Below are positions 19,468 through 29,058 of a stretch of DNA of 64,000 bases, piece after piece (the first letter of the stretch is position 1; each line of letters opens with the position of its first letter). Both the position numbers and the translations under genes were made by a program. The DNA is from Promethearchaeota archaeon. GTDB lineage: Archaea > Asgardarchaeota > Lokiarchaeia > Sigyniarchaeales > SOKP01. Location: the NCBI GenBank assembly GCA_030599585.1, contig JAUVNS010000006.1, forward strand, positions 32,001 to 96,000, read 5' to 3'. The notes beneath the pieces were generated by a model that was not told the origin of the DNA, ran no database searches, and worked only from the letters and a program-made list of their open reading frames with translations.

Positions 19468-20919
19468 ATGACATTAAAAACTCCAGAAGAGTATTTAAAA
19501 AGTATCCAACGCCCTGTTAATCTCTACATGTTTGGTGAAAAAGTAGAGGAATTTTGGAACCATCCAATAATTAAACCATCGATAAATACCGTTATGAAAA
19601 TCTATGAAATAGCCCAAATGGACGAGTATAAAGATTTAATGACAACAATGTCTCATTTAACTGGTGAGACCATTAATAGATTTACTCATATTCACCAATC
19701 TGTTGACGATTTAATTAAAAAGGTAAAAATGCAGAGGTTATTGGGCCAACAGACAGCGTGTTGTTTCCAAAGGTGCGTAGGTTTTGACACTGCTAACGCT
19801 TTATATAGCATAACCTATGAAATGGATAAAAAAAATGGAACTGATTATCATAACCGCTTCAAAAAGTATTGGACTGAAGTGCAGTCTCAAGATTTAATGG
19901 TGGGCGGTGCTATGACAGATACTAAAGGAGATAGAAGCAAAAGACCTAAAGACCAACCTGACCCAGACGCTTTTTTACATATTATCGAGGAAAATGATGA
20001 CGGAATAATTGTTCGCGGTGCAAAAATCCACCAAACAGGATATTTAAACTCACATAGAGCAATTATTATGCCCACTCTTTCTTTACGATCCGGTGAAGAA
20101 CAGTACGCTGTAAGTTTTGGCGTTAATACGAATGAAAAGGGAATAACACTAATCTATGGAAGACAGTCGTGTGATACTAGAAAAATGGAACCCGGTAAAT
20201 TAGACGTTGGAAACTTCAAGTATGGCGGCCAAGAAATATTTGTAATATTTGATAATGTGTATATACCAAATGATCGAATATTTATGAAGGGAGAAATAGA
20301 GTTTACTGGTAAATTAGTTAATAGGTTTGCTGGTTTCCATCGACAGTCCTATGGGGGATGTAAAGTTGGTGTGGGTGATGTACTTATCGGTGCGTCATCG
20401 TTGATTACTGAATACAATGGAACCGAAAAGGCATCCCATATACGAGATAAACTTGTGGAAATGGTTCATTTAAACGAAACATTATATAGTTGTGGTATTG
20501 CTTGCAGCTCGTTAGGGTTCCAACGGGAAGCAGGAAATTTTGAAATGGATATGCTTTTGGCAAATGTGTGCAAACTAAATGTTACTCGTTTTCCATATGA
20601 AATTGGGCGCCTTGCTGAAGATTTAGCAGGTGGGCTAATCTGTACAATGCCTTCTGAAGCAGATTTTAAATCAGAGGAAATTGGACAGTTGATTGAGAAA
20701 TATCTTAATACAAGTGAAGAAACATGCGCTGAGGATAGATATAAAGTTCTAAGATTTATTGAAAATTTAACGATGGGCTTGGCTTCGGTTAGCTATAGGA
20801 CGGAATCATTACATGGAGCAGGAAGTCCACAAGCGCAAAGAATTATGATTTCTCGTCAAGCAAATCTAGAAGAAAAGAAGAAATTAATAAAAAAAATTCT
20901 CGATATAGATTCAGAATAG
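19468..20919 (+). CDS. abfD: 4-hydroxybutyryl-CoA dehydratase / vinylacetyl-CoA delta-isomerase
   Basis: CFQRCVG (two cluster Cys), MTDTKGDRS, HRQSYGGCK (His/Cys ligands) and ESLHGAGSPQAQ. Confidence 0.95.
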   Translation: MTLKTPEEYLKSIQRPVNLYMFGEKVEEFWNHPIIKPSINTVMKIYEIAQMDEYKDLMTTMSHLTGETINRFTHIHQSVDDLIKKVKMQRLLGQQTACCFQRCVGFDTANALYSITYEMDKKNGTDYHNRFKKYWTEVQSQDLMVGGAMTDTKGDRSKRPKDQPDPDAFLHIIEENDDGIIVRGAKIHQTGYLNSHRAIIMPTLSLRSGEEQYAVSFGVNTNEKGITLIYGRQSCDTRKMEPGKLDVGNFKYGGQEIFVIFDNVYIPNDRIFMKGEIEFTGKLVNRFAGFHRQSYGGCKVGVGDVLIGASSLITEYNGTEKASHIRDKLVEMVHLNETLYSCGIACSSLGFQREAGNFEMDMLLANVCKLNVTRFPYEIGRLAEDLAGGLICTMPSEADFKSEEIGQLIEKYLNTSEETCAEDRYKVLRFIENLTMGLASVSYRTESLHGAGSPQAQRIMISRQANLEEKKKLIKKILDIDSE

Positions 20920-20934
20920 TATTTCCTTACTTTT

Positions 20935-20950
20935 TTATACTAATGTAATT
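20935..20950. promoter_or_regulatory. Candidate operator, one mismatch (TTATAC-TAAT-GTAATT)
   Basis: The reverse complement AATTACATTAGTA matches the 2920 site. Lies upstream of the cupin gene. Confidence 0.35.
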
Positions 20951-21081
20951 GTTGCTAAATCAAAACCCTATTTAATAGAACTGTACTCGTGTTTCTATCT
21001 ATATCCTATAATTCTGAATAAAAAGTTTTAAAACCACGAATACATTAAAAAAAAAATAAGTATCAACACTAAACTTAAAAG

Positions 21082-21390
21082 GTGAGTATTTTAGAGCCAA
21101 AAAACGTATTTGATAATCAGAAATTTAAGACAGATGGACCCGCAAAAGATAAAATCTACATTTCAGAAAAGTTTAAGGTGATGCGAGTTTCTTTAAAAAA
21201 AGGTTTAGAAATCGAACCTCATGAAGGATCGCATCCAGCTGTTTTCTTAGTAATGAAAGGAAAGGCAATTTTTCCTACTGCTTCTGGAGAAGTAGAATTG
21301 GGTGAAAACGATTATATTGCATATAGCGAAACTGAACCAAGAGGTATAAAAAGTTTAGAAGACCTGACTGTGTTAGTTATTCGCGACTAA
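21082..21390 (+). CDS. Small cupin-domain protein
   Basis: Cupin beta-barrel pattern (IEPH...AVFLVMKGKA...GEVELGENDYI). Overlaps the pyrG 3' end convergently by 18 bp. Confidence 0.75.
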   Translation: MSILEPKNVFDNQKFKTDGPAKDKIYISEKFKVMRVSLKKGLEIEPHEGSHPAVFLVMKGKAIFPTASGEVELGENDYIAYSETEPRGIKSLEDLTVLVIRD

Positions 21391-23085
21391 TTTACCTTTT
21401 TTTTTTTTATATGTCGTACAAGCTTTGATAAAATCGTAGTAAACCTTAGAAGGTGCGTAGGGTCTGGATTTGAATTCGGGATGAAATTGTGTTCCAATCA
21501 TCCAATGATCTGCTCTGTCTAATTCGATACTATTTATAATTTTTCCAGTTTCGTCCCTGCTTGATACAATCAATCCTTTCTCTTTAGCTTTTTCGTCAAT
21601 GTATCGCTCTTGGATATGATACCTGTGTCTAAACCTCTCGTATATTTCCTTTTGTTGATAAGCATCGTGGAGCTTTGTTTTTTCATTAACAATAATTTTT
21701 TCAGCTCCTAAGCGCATTGTCCCCCCCTTTTCCGTAACATCCTTTTGGCTGGATAAAAGATCCACTACAGGATAAGGAGTATTAGGATCAATTTCCGATG
21801 AATTAGCTCCTTTTAGTCCAAGATATTTTCTACAGAATGCCGCAAAGAATAATTGCGCTCCAAAACAGATTCCCAGAAATGGAACTTTGTTTTCCATTGC
21901 GTATTCCGCAGATTTTATCATACCTTCGATTGCGCGTCCTCCAAAACCAGGTGTCAATAAAATACCGTCACAATCTTTCAACTCTTCGAAAATATTAGTT
22001 TCTTCCGTTATATTAATCATCTTTAATTCAGCTTTATAACCTTGATGAGCCGCAGCGTGATCTATAGCATCATTTATCGATATATATGAATCTGAGATGT
22101 TGAAATATTTACCGGGCATTGCAATCTTCACCCGTTTTTCAGCATTTTTATACATTTCAACCATTTTCAACCATTCGGAATAGTTATTAACCTCACTGTA
22201 TGACACCAGCTTAGCTTTTAAATCAATTAACTCACAAAGAAAATCACCTAGACCTTGTTCCTCAAATAGTAGAGGTAATTCATACACAATTTGTAAATCA
22301 GGATTAGAAATAACTGCGGCTTCTGGAACATTCGAATAAAGGGAAATTTTTGATTTTATATCGTCAGCAAGCGGTTTTTCACTCCTCCCGATTATTATGT
22401 CAGGTTGCAATCCCACACTCTGAAGCATTCTGACAGAATGTTGTGTTGGTTTTGATTTTTGCTGACCAACTGCACGAGAATAAGGGACAAGAGTCACATG
22501 AACTAAGGCAGTATGTTTAGGAAATTCTAATTTAATTTGCCTAAAAGCTTCTAGAAAGATACCTGATTCTAAATCACCAACAGTTCCTCCACATTCGATT
22601 AGTAAGACGTCTAAATTTTCGTTTTTAGATATCTCCATTAACCTTTCTTTAATAATGTTAGTTACATGAGGAATTAATTGTACTGTTTTCCCTAAAAATT
22701 TACCTTTTCTCTCCCTTAAAATTGTAGAAAGATATATTTGGCCAGAAGTAATATTATGTGAAGGATGCATCTCAATACCAAGGAATCTAGAATATGTTCC
22801 GAAATCCTGGTCTATTTCAGAGATTCTATATGTTCTTTCATCTGAACCAGGTACAGGAGTAAAGTCCCATACATCTTCTGTAATAAAACATTCTCCATGT
22901 TCTATTGGATTAAGCGTTCCAGGATCGACATTAAGGTAAGGATCAATCTTCACCACAGAGATATTGAATCCCCGAAATTGGAGTATTTTTCCTATACTTG
23001 CTGTAGCTACACCTTTTCCTACAGCAGACATTACACCTCCAGTAATGAATATAAATCGCGTATTTTCATTATTAGTTTCTGTCAA
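21373..23085 (-). CDS. pyrG: CTP synthase
   Basis: FIFITGGVMSAVGKG, KIDPYLNVDPGT, GGTVGDLES, KSKPTQHSV, GATase GICFG, RHRY and QFHPEF. Confidence 0.97.
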   Translation of the reverse strand: MTETNNENTRFIFITGGVMSAVGKGVATASIGKILQFRGFNISVVKIDPYLNVDPGTLNPIEHGECFITEDVWDFTPVPGSDERTYRISEIDQDFGTYSRFLGIEMHPSHNITSGQIYLSTILRERKGKFLGKTVQLIPHVTNIIKERLMEISKNENLDVLLIECGGTVGDLESGIFLEAFRQIKLEFPKHTALVHVTLVPYSRAVGQQKSKPTQHSVRMLQSVGLQPDIIIGRSEKPLADDIKSKISLYSNVPEAAVISNPDLQIVYELPLLFEEQGLGDFLCELIDLKAKLVSYSEVNNYSEWLKMVEMYKNAEKRVKIAMPGKYFNISDSYISINDAIDHAAAHQGYKAELKMINITEETNIFEELKDCDGILLTPGFGGRAIEGMIKSAEYAMENKVPFLGICFGAQLFFAAFCRKYLGLKGANSSEIDPNTPYPVVDLLSSQKDVTEKGGTMRLGAEKIIVNEKTKLHDAYQQKEIYERFRHRYHIQERYIDEKAKEKGLIVSSRDETGKIINSIELDRADHWMIGTQFHPEFKSRPYAPSKVYYDFIKACTTYKKKKGKLVANN

Positions 23086-23293
23086 TTTTATATTACACTT
23101 CTCTGATAGAATAAAAAATAATTATATTTTAATTATAAAAATAGTAAATATCAAACACATTTAATAAGAATTTCGAGAGTACCTCAAAAGTAGATGTTAA
23201 AATAAATATATTAGGTTATCAACAGACTTTTGACGACCTTTATACAATTTCTCAATATAGATATTAATTTGGTTATAAATATTAGAATTAAAC

Positions 23294-24037
23294 ATGTATG
23301 CAACTTTTGAAATAGATCCCAAGAAACATAAATCAGAATTAAAAAGTATAAAAAAACTATATAAAAACAGTTTTCCTCTAGAAGAAAGGGAACCGTGGTA
23401 TTTATTAAAACATGGGCTTAAAATAGTTGGTATAAGTAAAATACCTTATAACAAAACCTATACAACAATGTTAGGAATAAAGAATGTCGGGGATCCTTCA
23501 AAAGTCTTAGGTTTTGCTATTATTGTTTATATTATACCATCTAATTTCTGTTTTGGAAACTATATCGCAATTGAACCAGAATATAGGAATAAAGGTTTAG
23601 GGTCGATATTTGTGAATGAAATTAAAAAATATTTTATAGAATTGGCTAAAAAATTTGATGCTGAAAAACCAATTGGCTTTTTCTACGAAATTGATAAGCA
23701 TGATTTATGTAGATATGGTATTAAGGACAGAGAACAAATATTTGCTAGATATCGTTTTTATAATAGACTTAACCAAAAAAAGATAGATGTACCTTATTTC
23801 CAGCCTGCTTTGAGGTCATGGCTTCCAAAAGTACCAATGTATTTGATGTTTGGTCCCATTGAAGAGAGGAAATTCTTTTCAAAAGAAGAAATATTAAGGA
23901 TTTATGCGAATATTTACGCGGTAATTTATCATAAAAGCGAAAGGAGTTTAAAAAAATTGTTTAGAAGATTAAATGTAGTTGATTTACCAAACAGAATAGA
24001 TTTGCTTTCATTAGATTCAATTGTTCAATTAAAATAA
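23294..24037 (+). CDS. GNAT-family N-acetyltransferase
   Basis: FP.EERE, acetyl-CoA motif A YIAIEPEYRNKGLGS, R.RFY and PYFQP. Confidence 0.8.
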   Translation: MYATFEIDPKKHKSELKSIKKLYKNSFPLEEREPWYLLKHGLKIVGISKIPYNKTYTTMLGIKNVGDPSKVLGFAIIVYIIPSNFCFGNYIAIEPEYRNKGLGSIFVNEIKKYFIELAKKFDAEKPIGFFYEIDKHDLCRYGIKDREQIFARYRFYNRLNQKKIDVPYFQPALRSWLPKVPMYLMFGPIEERKFFSKEEILRIYANIYAVIYHKSERSLKKLFRRLNVVDLPNRIDLLSLDSIVQLK

Positions 24038-24066
24038 TATACCATAGATATATTCAGGATTCCTGC

Positions 24067-25587
24067 TTAGGTTATAAATAGACTTTTTGATGAAAAGTTT
24101 GGATCAGAGGTTATATTAAGACCTAAGCGTCTCAAACCAGCTTCATCTCCTGGAGTAGGTATGTGAGTTGAGTGCATTTCACATCCACTTAATTCTTTAA
24201 GTTTATCTATGGCTACCTTAGCAGAATGGTTGAAATCAGCACTAATGCTTAAAGTTATTAGAGTTTCTTCAAGATTTAGACTCAATCGTTTGTTATTGAA
24301 AATTTCCGATTTTAAATAACTAATAGATTCCAAAATATTGGGAGATAGAAGATGAATATTTTTAGGAATTCCTGCCAATATTTTAATCGTATTTAGAATC
24401 AAACTTGAAGCTGCATGCAGTAAAGGAGAATTACTACCAGTAATAATTTTTCCATCAGCCAATTGTAAAGCAGCTCCAGCAAATACACCCTCGTTCCCCT
24501 TCCCTTTATTTTCAGCGGCTATGGAAGCTTGTCGAGCCTCGTGAACAACTTTTCGATCGAGCACAGTAAGATTCAGTTCTTTCATTAACAACTCCGCTCT
24601 TTGTACAGTCTTCCTATCTGAAACTCCCATCACATATTCACAACTATATCTTAAATATCTTCGGATGAGTTCTTGTTTTGCGGCTTGTTGCACTATATCA
24701 TCATTGATTATAGCAAAACCTGCTCTGTTAACGCCCATATCTGTAGGTGATTTATAGACTAATCTGCTATCCATAATTCTTTGCATTATTTTCTTAACCA
24801 CTGGAAAAACCTCTACATCTCTATTATAGTTAACTGCCTTTATATTATAGGCTTCAAGATGAAAAGGATCTACTTGATTAAAATCACCAAGGTCAGCAGT
24901 TGCAGATTCATACGCCATATTTACGGGATGTTTTAACGGTAAATTCCAAATTGGAAACGTTTCAAATTTAGCATAACCCGCATCGATCCCCTTTGTATGG
25001 TCGTGATATATTTGGGAAAGACAAGTTGCGAGTTTTCCACTACCGGGACCGGGAGCCGCAACGATTATTATAGGTTTGGAAGTCTCGATGTAAGGATTAA
25101 TACCATACCCTTCTTCACTTATGATTCTCTCGATGTTAGTTGGATATCCCCTAATCAACTTATGTGTGTAAACCTGAATATCACGGCGCTCTAGTTTATT
25201 CATGAATTGTTTTACTACTTGTTGTCCATTGTAGCGTGTAACTACCACCCCACTTACATTAATTTCTCCATCTCGAAGATCATCGATTAATTTCATTGCA
25301 TTTATGTCATAAGTTATGCCAAAATCTGCTCGGATCTTTCTTCTTTCTATATCTCCGGAGTATATACAAATAATAACCTCAATTTTATCCTTAAGCACCT
25401 TTAGAAGCTTCATTTTCACATTTGGATCGAATCCCGGGAGAACTCGCGAAGCGTGATAATCATATACAAGCTTTCCGCCAAATTCAAGGTACAATTTATT
25501 ACCGAATTGACCTGCTCGATCTAGGATGCTCTTTGATTGTTCTTTTAAATATTTCTCGTTGTCAAATCCAATTTTTTGATCTGTCAT
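24067..25587 (-). CDS. DUF1846 (UPF0371) family protein
   Basis: GFDNEKYL.EQS, KLYLEFGGKL..DYHASRVLPGF, APGPGSGKLATCLSQ and YAKFETFP.WNLPL.HPVN.AYE. Confidence 0.92.
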   Translation of the reverse strand: MTDQKIGFDNEKYLKEQSKSILDRAGQFGNKLYLEFGGKLVYDYHASRVLPGFDPNVKMKLLKVLKDKIEVIICIYSGDIERRKIRADFGITYDINAMKLIDDLRDGEINVSGVVVTRYNGQQVVKQFMNKLERRDIQVYTHKLIRGYPTNIERIISEEGYGINPYIETSKPIIIVAAPGPGSGKLATCLSQIYHDHTKGIDAGYAKFETFPIWNLPLKHPVNMAYESATADLGDFNQVDPFHLEAYNIKAVNYNRDVEVFPVVKKIMQRIMDSRLVYKSPTDMGVNRAGFAIINDDIVQQAAKQELIRRYLRYSCEYVMGVSDRKTVQRAELLMKELNLTVLDRKVVHEARQASIAAENKGKGNEGVFAGAALQLADGKIITGSNSPLLHAASSLILNTIKILAGIPKNIHLLSPNILESISYLKSEIFNNKRLSLNLEETLITLSISADFNHSAKVAIDKLKELSGCEMHSTHIPTPGDEAGLRRLGLNITSDPNFSSKSLFIT

Positions 25588-25630
25588 TTTATTTAGAATT
25601 AGCCTTGTTTTGTAGTGATATTAATTAAAT

Positions 25631-26458
25631 TTATTTTCCTTTAAAAATAGGGTCTCTTTTTTCTCTTAAAGACTTTGTCGATTCCCTAAAATCGTGTGTT
25701 TTAAAAGCTGCTTGAAGAGCTTCATTTTCTTTATCTAGCGTGTTTGATAATATATCTTTGAAGTAGGCATGCATAGTCTTCTTCATTAATTTTAAGGCAG
25801 TACTTGGTCCTTTTGGTGGTATTAATCTTTCGGCTTTTTCTCTTACAATAGCCATCAATTCCTCAGGAGGTACTGATTTATTAATCAATCCTAATTTTTC
25901 AGCCTCTTTCGCATAGATTTTTTCGCCAAAATATAATATTTCCTTAGCTTTCTGGAATCCAACATAAAACGGAAGTAAAAAAGAAAGCCCAAACTCAGGT
26001 ATTATTGCACGTTTAACAAATATTAATCCTAAATATGTTTCAGGATCATCAGCCATATAGATTAAATCAGCACCCGCCAGAGGCATTGTAAAACCTGCTC
26101 CTAAAGCTAACCCGTTTATAGCAGCAATCACAGGTTTATTAAAATTCCAAAATTTCATGCAAGTTTTTTTTTGAGCGATATCCAGCAAATCAATATCCTT
26201 CATTATTTCTTTGGGAATTTGAGTCATCATTTTCATGTTAAAATATCCTCCTGAGGAAAATGCTCTACCCTCCGGAGAGCCAGTAATAATTAAAACTCGA
26301 GCATTCTTATCTTTTTCCATGTCATCTAATGCTGCACATATTTCTAAAAAGGTCACAAATGATAGTGCGTTTCTTCTTTCAGGTCTATTAAAAGTAATAG
26401 TACAAATCCCGTTTTCTTCTTTCTCATAAAGAATATCTTCAAATTCTTCGATTTTCAT
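25631..26458 (-). CDS. Enoyl-CoA hydratase/isomerase family protein
   Basis: ITFNRPERRNAL, KPVIAAINGLALGAG and C-terminal EKRDPIFKGK. Confidence 0.9.
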   Translation of the reverse strand: MKIEEFEDILYEKEENGICTITFNRPERRNALSFVTFLEICAALDDMEKDKNARVLIITGSPEGRAFSSGGYFNMKMMTQIPKEIMKDIDLLDIAQKKTCMKFWNFNKPVIAAINGLALGAGFTMPLAGADLIYMADDPETYLGLIFVKRAIIPEFGLSFLLPFYVGFQKAKEILYFGEKIYAKEAEKLGLINKSVPPEELMAIVREKAERLIPPKGPSTALKLMKKTMHAYFKDILSNTLDKENEALQAAFKTHDFRESTKSLREKRDPIFKGK

Positions 26459-26573
26459 ATTAAAAACTCAAACACCTTAATTTGAATATATACAGAGTTT
26501 GATTTATTCATTTATAATTGTTTTCAACAAAAAAAAAGAAAAAAAAATAGACTTAATTTAGAAAACAAAACCA

Positions 26574-27863
26574 TTAAAGCAATTTAAATAATTGTCTTAG
26601 GGTTAAACTCATAATATATTGCTGCACTTGCCTTGTACCGCCGCCTATCTCTTGAATTCGAGTAATTCCCAAAAGATCATACATTAATGTATTATCACAA
26701 ACCCCAGCTCCACCCATAAGATTAGCACTTTCATAAACCACTCGTTCACATAGTTTTGTGCTAAGAAATTTCATTTGGGATGCAGTAGCAGCCAAAGCTA
26801 AGTTAAACTCTTTTGGTAATGTACCTAATTGCTCCATCTTATCATCAATCGTTTGACAAATTTTTAAACACGCTAAAGTCATGTTCATTGTTTGTGCCCA
26901 TAAGTCAGAAAGAGGAAATCCTACTCCTTGATATTTTAGAATTTCTTTATCAAACTGTTTTCTCATGTTAGTGTATATTACTGCGTGAGTGACTGCGTTC
27001 CATGCTTCAGCTAAATTTAAACAAACAATACCCAATCGTTCTAGATTAAGCCCCTCGAATAAATGTGATCTACCTTCGCCGGGTTTACCTAACACGCATT
27101 CAGATGGAACTTTTAGGTTTGACATTGTTTCTTTACCGATGTGTATTCTCGGGGTCCATGGAATGTTCACTCGCTCATGGGACCAACCATCCCAAGAAGT
27201 ATCAACTAAAAATTGAGCCATCGTGTTCCCGTTATTTTTTTCTGTAACAGCATAAACTACTGCCCAATCTGCTTTGCTACCATTGGTTTGATATATTTTT
27301 TGCCCATTTAAAATATAACTTCCATCTCCTTGTTCTTCACAGGTAGTGAGCATATGCACTGCGTCAGAACCTCTTTCTGGTTCAGTTATACATATACAAC
27401 CTATTTTTTCTCCCATTACTAATTCTTTTAAGGCTCTTAGTCGAATATCAACATTTTCATGATGAAGCATTAATGGATTGACGGCTAAAACTGTAGCTCC
27501 AGCGCCCATTGTTAGCTGTGGATCAAAGAAATCCATAGCTAAAACCCTCATAAATTCCGTAGTCATCCCGTAAGGCTCGAAGTTTAATCCAATATTATCA
27601 AATTTGTGCATTCGAGTAATATATCCGTTTTTGCCAATTTCGGGTATCCATTCGTAGAAATCTTCGTTATGGGTTATGTTTTTGTCCTTTTCAAATTTTA
27701 CGAAAAACTTTTGGGCTTGTTTAAGGAAATTGAAGTGCTTTGGTTTTAAAAAACTCATCAAATTGTAATTTAAAAACTTATTACGGGTTTTTAGGGAGAG
27801 TTTTTCGAGAATTTCATCGTTAATACATTGAACTTGTCCTTTTTTAATAACCAATTTTATCAA
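26574..27863 (-). CDS. Acyl-CoA dehydrogenase
   Basis: CITEPERGSDA, LNGQKIYQTNG, GLNLERL, RKQF and EIGGGT. Start position uncertain. Confidence 0.9.
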   Translation of the reverse strand: MIKLVIKKGQVQCINDEILEKLSLKTRNKFLNYNLMSFLKPKHFNFLKQAQKFFVKFEKDKNITHNEDFYEWIPEIGKNGYITRMHKFDNIGLNFEPYGMTTEFMRVLAMDFFDPQLTMGAGATVLAVNPLMLHHENVDIRLRALKELVMGEKIGCICITEPERGSDAVHMLTTCEEQGDGSYILNGQKIYQTNGSKADWAVVYAVTEKNNGNTMAQFLVDTSWDGWSHERVNIPWTPRIHIGKETMSNLKVPSECVLGKPGEGRSHLFEGLNLERLGIVCLNLAEAWNAVTHAVIYTNMRKQFDKEILKYQGVGFPLSDLWAQTMNMTLACLKICQTIDDKMEQLGTLPKEFNLALAATASQMKFLSTKLCERVVYESANLMGGAGVCDNTLMYDLLGITRIQEIGGGTRQVQQYIMSLTLRQLFKLL

Positions 27864-27986
27864 ATCTTTGATTTAGAAATAAATTAATAGTTATGAATAG
27901 TATTTGATGAAGTTCTTAAAATAATTTCATTAAATGTGGATTAAAAATTCTAAAAAAAATAGAAAAAATAATAATTAATTAAAAAA

Positions 27987-29006
27987 TTAATCGAACTCTA
28001 CAAGCACTTTTATTTCTTCATGTGGAGGGTTAGCTAATGTTTTAAACATTGAGGGGACTTCGTCTATTTTAATCGTTTTTGTAATTATAGGGGCTACATT
28101 TACTTTACCCTCAGAGATTAAATTTACCGAGGTTGCGAAAACTTCTTGATTAAAACTAAACACTCCTTTTATTGAAATATTTTTAAGCATTAACTGCATA
28201 AACCCTTTCATTTCGAAAGGTTCTACATGTATTCCAATAAGTGTTATTTGCCCTCCTTTTTTAACTAAATTCATTGATGTCATATAAGTTTCTGGAAGCC
28301 CCACACAATCAAAAACATGATCAGGTCCAATTTTTTTGGTGAATCTAACGATCTTATTCCAAGCATTTGGTTTTAAAGCTTTTTCTGCACCTAATTCAAG
28401 CGCTTTTTGCTGTTTTGATTCAACTGGTTCTATTACGTAAATACTACCAGCACCGGCAACTTTTAGCGCTTGAATCGTCATCAATCCTATTGTTCCCGCT
28501 CCAATAACTGCAACACTATCACCAATTTTTAAACCAGATTGTTGAATTGCGTACACACAGTTTGCTAAAGGCTCTACTGTAGCTCCTGCTTTAAACGACA
28601 TTGAATCCGGTAAGGCGTGTAACCTCTCCGCCTTCACATTTATGTATTCTGCCATTCCACCATTTTGTGTCGTACCTAAACCATTGTTAGTTAGTTTGCA
28701 CATGTTTTCTTGGTAATGGTTGCACCAATAACAATCATAGCATGGAACATTAGGGTTTACCGTTACTCGATGACCAACTTTCCATTTTCTTACATTATCG
28801 CCTACTTCCGCGATTTCTCCCGAAAACTCGTGACCAATAATGATACCAGGCAAATACATTCCCCCAGATTCGTAAGACTCAATTCCAGAACCACATACAC
28901 CGCAATATTTTACCTTTATTAATACCTCGTCAGAAAGAACCTCTGGTTTAGGTAAATCGTCTCTTATTTCAATTTGATGTTTTCCTACAAATACTGCTCC
29001 TTTCAT
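27987..29006 (-). CDS. Zn-dependent medium-chain dehydrogenase (butanediol/sorbitol dehydrogenase-like)
   Basis: CGVCGS, GHEFSG, structural Zn site CYDCYWC..C and GAGTIG. ATG at 29006, alternative GTG at 29015. Confidence 0.9.
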   Translation of the reverse strand: MKGAVFVGKHQIEIRDDLPKPEVLSDEVLIKVKYCGVCGSGIESYESGGMYLPGIIIGHEFSGEIAEVGDNVRKWKVGHRVTVNPNVPCYDCYWCNHYQENMCKLTNNGLGTTQNGGMAEYINVKAERLHALPDSMSFKAGATVEPLANCVYAIQQSGLKIGDSVAVIGAGTIGLMTIQALKVAGAGSIYVIEPVESKQQKALELGAEKALKPNAWNKIVRFTKKIGPDHVFDCVGLPETYMTSMNLVKKGGQITLIGIHVEPFEMKGFMQLMLKNISIKGVFSFNQEVFATSVNLISEGKVNVAPIITKTIKIDEVPSMFKTLANPPHEEIKVLVEFD

Positions 29007-29058
29007 ATCTTTCACACTCTATTAATTTTAATTAACCAAAATAAAGAATAAATTTTAT

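Noticed and set aside
19468-20919. abfD as evidence of autotrophic 3HP/4HB or DC/4HB carbon fixation
   Set aside because: The context is catabolic and no carboxylases are nearby. AbfD is also a fermentative enzyme.
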